Of a stretch of 64,000 bases of DNA, positions 59,364 to 64,000 are shown piece after piece. Origin of the DNA: an uncultured Nitrospiraceae bacterium. Its GTDB lineage: Bacteria; Nitrospirota; Thermodesulfovibrionia; Thermodesulfovibrionales; UBA6898. How positions within the stretch are numbered: the stretch's first letter is position 1; each line of letters starts with the position of its first letter. The position numbers and the translations under genes were made by a program. The notes under the pieces are model-generated. The model had not been told where the DNA came from and ran no database searches. It was given only the letters and a program-made list of their open reading frames with translations. The stretch spans positions 608,001 through 672,000 of the forward strand of contig CAWEQH010000001.1 in NCBI GenBank assembly GCA_963811165.1. Direction: 5' to 3'.

Positions 59364-60416
59364 ATGGGACGCATAATTTATTCAATAGTAATACCGGCGC
59401 ATAATGGAGAGCCATTTCTTCGCTCCGCTATTTCTTCAGTCTTGGGGCAAAGCCGGACGGCGGACGAAATAATAGTGGTCGATGATGCATCAAAGGACGG
59501 GACCGCCGACATCGCACAGGCATCTGAGTTCGGCGGCCGCATCAAGTATTACTTCAATGAACGGTCCTCCGGGTTTGTCGATGCATGGAACAGGGCGATC
59601 TCTAAAGCTACCGGAGATTTTGTGGCAATCCTTCATCAAGACGACGTGCTGCATCCTGAGTATCTGGAGCATATGGAAAATGCCGTCAGGCGCTATCCCC
59701 AGGCGAGACATTTGTATGCTGCCTGCACCTATATCGATGAAAACGACCATATAACGGGAATGCCTCCTGAGCCGTATTCTCCGGAGCCTGTGTTATATTC
59801 GGGCAGACAGTATGCGCATAATTACCTCGATGGTGTGATTTCCAGCCGGCATATACACAGATGTCCGGGCGTACTTACATCGAGGCAACTCCTGCTTCGA
59901 GAGTGCACATACCGTAAGGAGGCCGGTCACATTGCGGATGATGATTTTTTTCTGCGCGTTGGAACTTATACTGACGTCGTGGGCATTTCTCAGCCTCTTG
60001 CAAGCTTCCGTCATCATGCAGGCTCAGAAACCGGGCAGGTCGATCTGCTGTCTCTGAAGCTTGCGGAGGCATATCTGTTCCAGACTGAATATTACCGTAG
60101 GGATGAGACAATTCTTGAATCTGGAGATATTTGCAGGATAAACAAACAGGCGGTTAAGTTCATCAACCTCCTGCTCTTCCAGTCGTTGCTTTTCAAGAGA
60201 GATGACTGGATAAAGCAGGCCCTGGATTTCAGGAAAAGGGTTGAACGAATACTCCCGGGTTTTATGGAACAGGAACTTCCGCGATGGTCACGTCCGATGT
60301 GGGGCTTGACGCTTCGCAAAGGCGGCGCTCATCTGTCCGCCATGTGGTATGTGCGGATTCTGCATGGCATGCTACGACTGCGTGATTTCGGCAAATATAC
60401 GGGGCGACAAAGGTGA
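59364..60416 (+). CDS. GT2 glycosyltransferase
   Basis: SIVIPAHNG, VVDDASKD and LHQDD motifs. Confidence 0.9.
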   Translation: MGRIIYSIVIPAHNGEPFLRSAISSVLGQSRTADEIIVVDDASKDGTADIAQASEFGGRIKYYFNERSSGFVDAWNRAISKATGDFVAILHQDDVLHPEYLEHMENAVRRYPQARHLYAACTYIDENDHITGMPPEPYSPEPVLYSGRQYAHNYLDGVISSRHIHRCPGVLTSRQLLLRECTYRKEAGHIADDDFFLRVGTYTDVVGISQPLASFRHHAGSETGQVDLLSLKLAEAYLFQTEYYRRDETILESGDICRINKQAVKFINLLLFQSLLFKRDDWIKQALDFRKRVERILPGFMEQELPRWSRPMWGLTLRKGGAHLSAMWYVRILHGMLRLRDFGKYTGRQR

Positions 60417-61576
60417 GTCCAGAACTCCATCAACATGTCCTTGTTGCTATGCCGGTCCTGTTATCCGGCGGGACCGAGATGCAGACCCTGGCCCTTGTAT
60501 CTGTGCTTGTTTCCGGTGGATATAAGGTAACGGTCTGCTGTTATTATGAATATGATCAAGACATGGTGAACCGGTTTGAAGGTGCAGGGGCAACGGTAAT
60601 TCTTTTGAAGTATGAAAGGGCAAAGGGCCTATGGTATCTTGCGAAAGGGCTCATCAAACTGTTTAAAAAAGTGTCTCCTGCTATTGTTCATGTCCAATAT
60701 ATAGCTCCGGGTTTTGTGCCTGTGATTGCTGCACGCTTTGCGGGAGTCAAGACTGTATATGCGACCGTTCATCAACCTGGAAGGGTATATGGCTTGAAGG
60801 AGAAACTTCTTTTGAGAACAGCAGCCGGCTTTTGCAGCGTTTTTCTCTGTGTCTCAAGGTCTGTAGAAGAATCATGGTTCGGTGACAGTGAATTGTTTGA
60901 TCCTCAAAAGGTCGAAAAGGGACGCAGACATTTTACCGTTTATAATGGAGTTGATGTTGGGAAGATCGAAAAGATTGTCAAAGAAGCGGACAATCAGGTA
61001 ATCAAGAAGTCATTAGGCGTAGATGGAAAGAAGGTTGTTGGAGTTGTCGGCAGACTAAGAGAGGAGAAAGGCCAAACTATTTTGCTTGATGCGATCGCAA
61101 AAGTTACAAAAACAATTCCGGACGTAATGCTGCTGGTTATAGGCGACGGACCGGATAGAGTGAGCTTAGAGCTAAGGGCTAAGAGCTTAGGCATAGACAA
61201 CAACATTATTTGGCTTGGGCAGAAGAACCCCGAGGGAGTTTATCATCTTTACCTAATTATGGATGTAGTGGCGGTACCGTCATTTTTTGAAGGCTTCGGC
61301 CTTGTTGCTGCCGAAGCACAGGCAGCAAGATTGCCGGTTGTTGGAACGAGGGTTGATGGATTGACTGAAATTATAGACGACGGCGCAAGCGGTTATCTTG
61401 TTGAGGCAGGGAACAGCATAGAATTGTCAGGGGCAATAATTAATCTTCTGTCAAATCCTGAGAAAGCGAAAACTATGGGCATGAAAGGACTGGAGACCGT
61501 GCTCGAACGTTTTTCTTCCGAACGCTTTGGAAAGACCATCCTTGGGATCTATCAAACGGCATTTAATCGGGGATGA
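60413..61576 (+). CDS. GT4 glycosyltransferase
   Basis: GGTE, VYNGVD, GRLREEKG and EGFGLVAAEA motifs. Confidence 0.9.
   Translation: MSPELHQHVLVAMPVLLSGGTEMQTLALVSVLVSGGYKVTVCCYYEYDQDMVNRFEGAGATVILLKYERAKGLWYLAKGLIKLFKKVSPAIVHVQYIAPGFVPVIAARFAGVKTVYATVHQPGRVYGLKEKLLLRTAAGFCSVFLCVSRSVEESWFGDSELFDPQKVEKGRRHFTVYNGVDVGKIEKIVKEADNQVIKKSLGVDGKKVVGVVGRLREEKGQTILLDAIAKVTKTIPDVMLLVIGDGPDRVSLELRAKSLGIDNNIIWLGQKNPEGVYHLYLIMDVVAVPSFFEGFGLVAAEAQAARLPVVGTRVDGLTEIIDDGASGYLVEAGNSIELSGAIINLLSNPEKAKTMGMKGLETVLERFSSERFGKTILGIYQTAFNRG
61163..61190 (+). repeat. In-frame heptamer block inside the GT4 gene
   Basis: agcttag agctaag ggctaag agcttag, the same unit as 48611-48664. Confidence 0.7.
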
Positions 61577-61850
61577 ACATAAAAGCGGTTATTTATCAGG
61601 CAGGCATGAATGCCTTAAAATTATTTTGGCACTTGAGAGGTGGCAGGGGAATCAGTGCCTTTGGTCGCGAGATCAGGGTATCGGCCGATACGATTTTCCC
61701 CAGTTATCGCAAGCTGAGACTCCTCAAGGGCCGTTGTCACTCTGAAATCAATATGTATTTCACAAAAACACAGCTTTTGATAAGGATGCCTATATCGGGC
61801 CAACTTTGTTTGTGCCAGTAGAGTTTACAAAAAGCAGGTGGGAAGTCTGA
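61573..61850 (+). pseudogene. Probable internally deleted gene remnant
   Basis: 82-aa ORF coupled to the upstream stop; a second frame (DKDAYIGPTLFVPVEFTKSRWEV*) ends at 61850, directly before the next ATG. Confidence 0.45.
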
Positions 61851-62807
61851 ATGAAAGCTGATATCCCGGCAGTCTCGATAGTGATGCCTCTTTTCAATAA
61901 AGAGAAGGAAGTTAGTCGTGCAATCCGGTCGGTCCTGTCTCAGTCCGCGCAAGTTTTTGAATTGATTGTCGTCAATGATGGGTCGACGGACAATAGTCCT
62001 TCAGTGGTGAATAAGTTTGTTGATCTGAGAATCAGGATGATTTACCAGAAAAACTGCGGTGTTTCGTCTGCACGAAACAGGGGGATAAGCGAGGCAAGAG
62101 CTGACCTCATCGCCTTTCTTGATGCCGATGATGAATGGGCTCCGGATTTCTTGGAGACTATCATAGGGTTGAGGTCAAAATATCCTTCCTGCGACATATT
62201 TGGGACACGCTACTTTCTTTCATCACTAACAGGGCATAAGCATCCAGCGGTCATAAAGGGCAACCCTCATGATATGAAGGACGGTATTTTAACTGACTAT
62301 TTTATCGTCGCTGCGCAATCAGACCCGCCCCTTTGTCCTTCCGCCGTCGCAGTCACAAGAAAGGCAATAGAGATTGTCGGCGGATTTCCGGGTGGCGTGA
62401 TCAGCGGCGAAGATTTGTTGACGTGGGCGCGACTTGCTTCAAAGTTCCAGATCGCCTATGCGATGAAACCGTGCGCCACTTATTATAGCCCCCAAAAGGT
62501 CTCGGACCGTCCTGGACGGGTTCCCGCGGAGCCTGATATCGTGGGGGGGGCGCTGAGAGAGCTTCTCAATGAAGCGGATTCTGCGATGATCCCCGGACTA
62601 AAAGCGTACATAGCACTTTGGCATAGAATGAGGGCGGTTGTTTATATTCAGCTGGGGTCCAGAAAAAACGCCTTAAAGGAGATTAGAAAAGCTATCAGAT
62701 TTGCGCCCAGTCCGAGGCTATTCCTCTTTCTCCTTATCGTGCACCTCCCCGGTTCTCTTTCTTCGAAAGTTCTAATGTCTATAAAAAAGATCAAGGCATA
62801 TTCATGA
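61851..62807 (+). CDS. GT2 glycosyltransferase
   Basis: VSIVMPLFNK, VNDGSTD, GVSSARNRG, FLDADDEW and GED motifs. Confidence 0.92.
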   Translation: MKADIPAVSIVMPLFNKEKEVSRAIRSVLSQSAQVFELIVVNDGSTDNSPSVVNKFVDLRIRMIYQKNCGVSSARNRGISEARADLIAFLDADDEWAPDFLETIIGLRSKYPSCDIFGTRYFLSSLTGHKHPAVIKGNPHDMKDGILTDYFIVAAQSDPPLCPSAVAVTRKAIEIVGGFPGGVISGEDLLTWARLASKFQIAYAMKPCATYYSPQKVSDRPGRVPAEPDIVGGALRELLNEADSAMIPGLKAYIALWHRMRAVVYIQLGSRKNALKEIRKAIRFAPSPRLFLFLLIVHLPGSLSSKVLMSIKKIKAYS

Positions 62808-62836
62808 TGTATGTATATCCTGAAAGATAGTTTCTC

Positions 62837-64000
62837 ATGAAACAAAAAAGAGTTAAAACAAAGTTGTCATTTCTCATTTGGTTGGTTGCTGTCACGACGA
62901 TTGTGGCTTGCCTCAGCGGAGCCAGTTTCTTAGGCTACAATGTTTCCGGTTACGCGTGGGCCATCCCTTTGTCCCTTTCAATAATAATTTTTCTTCAGAA
63001 TCCAGAAAAAATTCGCTTTCCCGTTGTGATCTGGCTTCCGTGGATATGCGTGGTGGCGGGCTATCTTATTTTCGCAGATGCCGAAAACGCCTTTCAGCGA
63101 AGTGTGATGCTCCTCTGCCCCCTCTTTATCGGTATGACCGTTTCTAAATCGAGGGTCGGAGATAATGAACTGTCGAGTTTCAGGAAGTTATATCGATATA
63201 TGGCGATTTCCCTCTACGCAATTGTTGTGTTGAAGACGGGCCTCCTTTTTACGGGGACACTGCCGAAAACTTCCGGCCTTGCTGCAGAAGTAATGACCGG
63301 CGCACTCCTCTGCACACTCTTTGCGACTCATTACATGTTCGGACAAAAAAGGGACCTTGTCTGGTGGGGGGCCCTGTCATCTATCCCAATTATCGCCCTT
63401 ACAAGGATGGGTATGATCGCTACGGGTCTCTCCCTACCGCTCACCTTCGCGCCAATGAAGATACTTAAACGAATTGTGTTGGCTTCAATGATTATGGCTG
63501 CTGGATACGGCCTATTCTTTACAGAGCGTGTGCAGGAAAAGACTTTCTATTCCGGCAGCGGAACTCTCCAGGATGTCAACAGGGAGAACCCCGATTTTGC
63601 GACCAGCGGGCGAAAATCCATATGGGAGCATATGCAAACAGAGATCGATAAACAGCCATGGTTCGGGCACGGGGCAAATGCGTCGGAACCATTTGTAGCA
63701 AGACTGACGGGTGGGCTGACACACCCTCATAACGATTGGCTACGATTGCTTTTCGACTATGGATATTTTGGGACAGTTATTTTCGGGATCACGATGGTGC
63801 TTCAAGTCCTGCATCTTATCAGGAAAGGGAAACAGACCTCCGGAGAAACCCGCATTCTGTTTTTTGCCGGTGCATCCTCGTTTGTCGCTTTCTCACTCTT
63901 TATGTTTACCGATAACATCATTCTTTATGCTGCATTTTTCGGAAACCTTCAGTTCACTCTCCTTGGGCTTGCATATGCGGCATATGGGACCTCTGCCCTT
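62837..64000 (+). CDS. O-antigen ligase/Wzy-family membrane protein, 3' end beyond window
   Basis: Manual translation MKQKRVKTKLSFLIWLV...TSGRKSIWE...WFGHG...HPHNDWLRLLFDYG; multi-TM. Confidence 0.85.
   Translation, partial: MKQKRVKTKLSFLIWLVAVTTIVACLSGASFLGYNVSGYAWAIPLSLSIIIFLQNPEKIRFPVVIWLPWICVVAGYLIFADAENAFQRSVMLLCPLFIGMTVSKSRVGDNELSSFRKLYRYMAISLYAIVVLKTGLLFTGTLPKTSGLAAEVMTGALLCTLFATHYMFGQKRDLVWWGALSSIPIIALTRMGMIATGLSLPLTFAPMKILKRIVLASMIMAAGYGLFFTERVQEKTFYSGSGTLQDVNRENPDFATSGRKSIWEHMQTEIDKQPWFGHGANASEPFVARLTGGLTHPHNDWLRLLFDYGYFGTVIFGITMVLQVLHLIRKGKQTSGETRILFFAGASSFVAFSLFMFTDNIILYAAFFGNLQFTLLGLAYAAYGTSAL

Noticed and set aside
1..64000. tRNA, rRNA, integrase or transposase genes
   Set aside because: None recognised by eye; a tRNAscan/Infernal run would be needed to exclude small RNAs

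Overview
Bacterial chromosomal window, about 50-55% GC by eye with AT-richer glycosyltransferase blocks. Gene content and repeat types suggest a Nitrospirota/Desulfobacterota-like anaerobe (inference). Left to right: (i) the end of a minus-strand glycan locus (WsaF-like and GT2 transferases, WbaP, DUF3108); (ii) hisA-hisF, two small genes bracketed by structured intergenic repeats, an M48 peptidase, an FKBP PPIase, rlmN and a PilW-like TPR protein; (iii) a SurA-like/HAMP/zincin trio and a Wza-Wzc-type export operon with a SPOR-beta-barrel fusion; (iv) a Crp regulator divergent from an RpoD-like sigma factor, a GGDEF protein, exeA/exeB, glgA and a PstS-like/HK/RR unit; (v) an Ehr (hydrogenase-4-like, no NiFe cysteines) complex with clustered frameshifts; (vi) a 5-domain S1 protein, uvrB and a HAD hydrolase; (vii) a >18 kb polysaccharide operon headed by a NusG paralog, a perfect ops element and a MarR-EPS regulator. 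The most unusual signal is a four-helix-bundle gene between wzm and wzt, enclosed by mutually complementary 7-nt tandem repeats. The same heptamers recur in frame inside wzt and a glycosyltransferase. A different palindromic repeat appears in frame inside hisF. No rRNA, tRNA, CRISPR array or transposase was seen. All family assignments are by motif recognition, without database searches.
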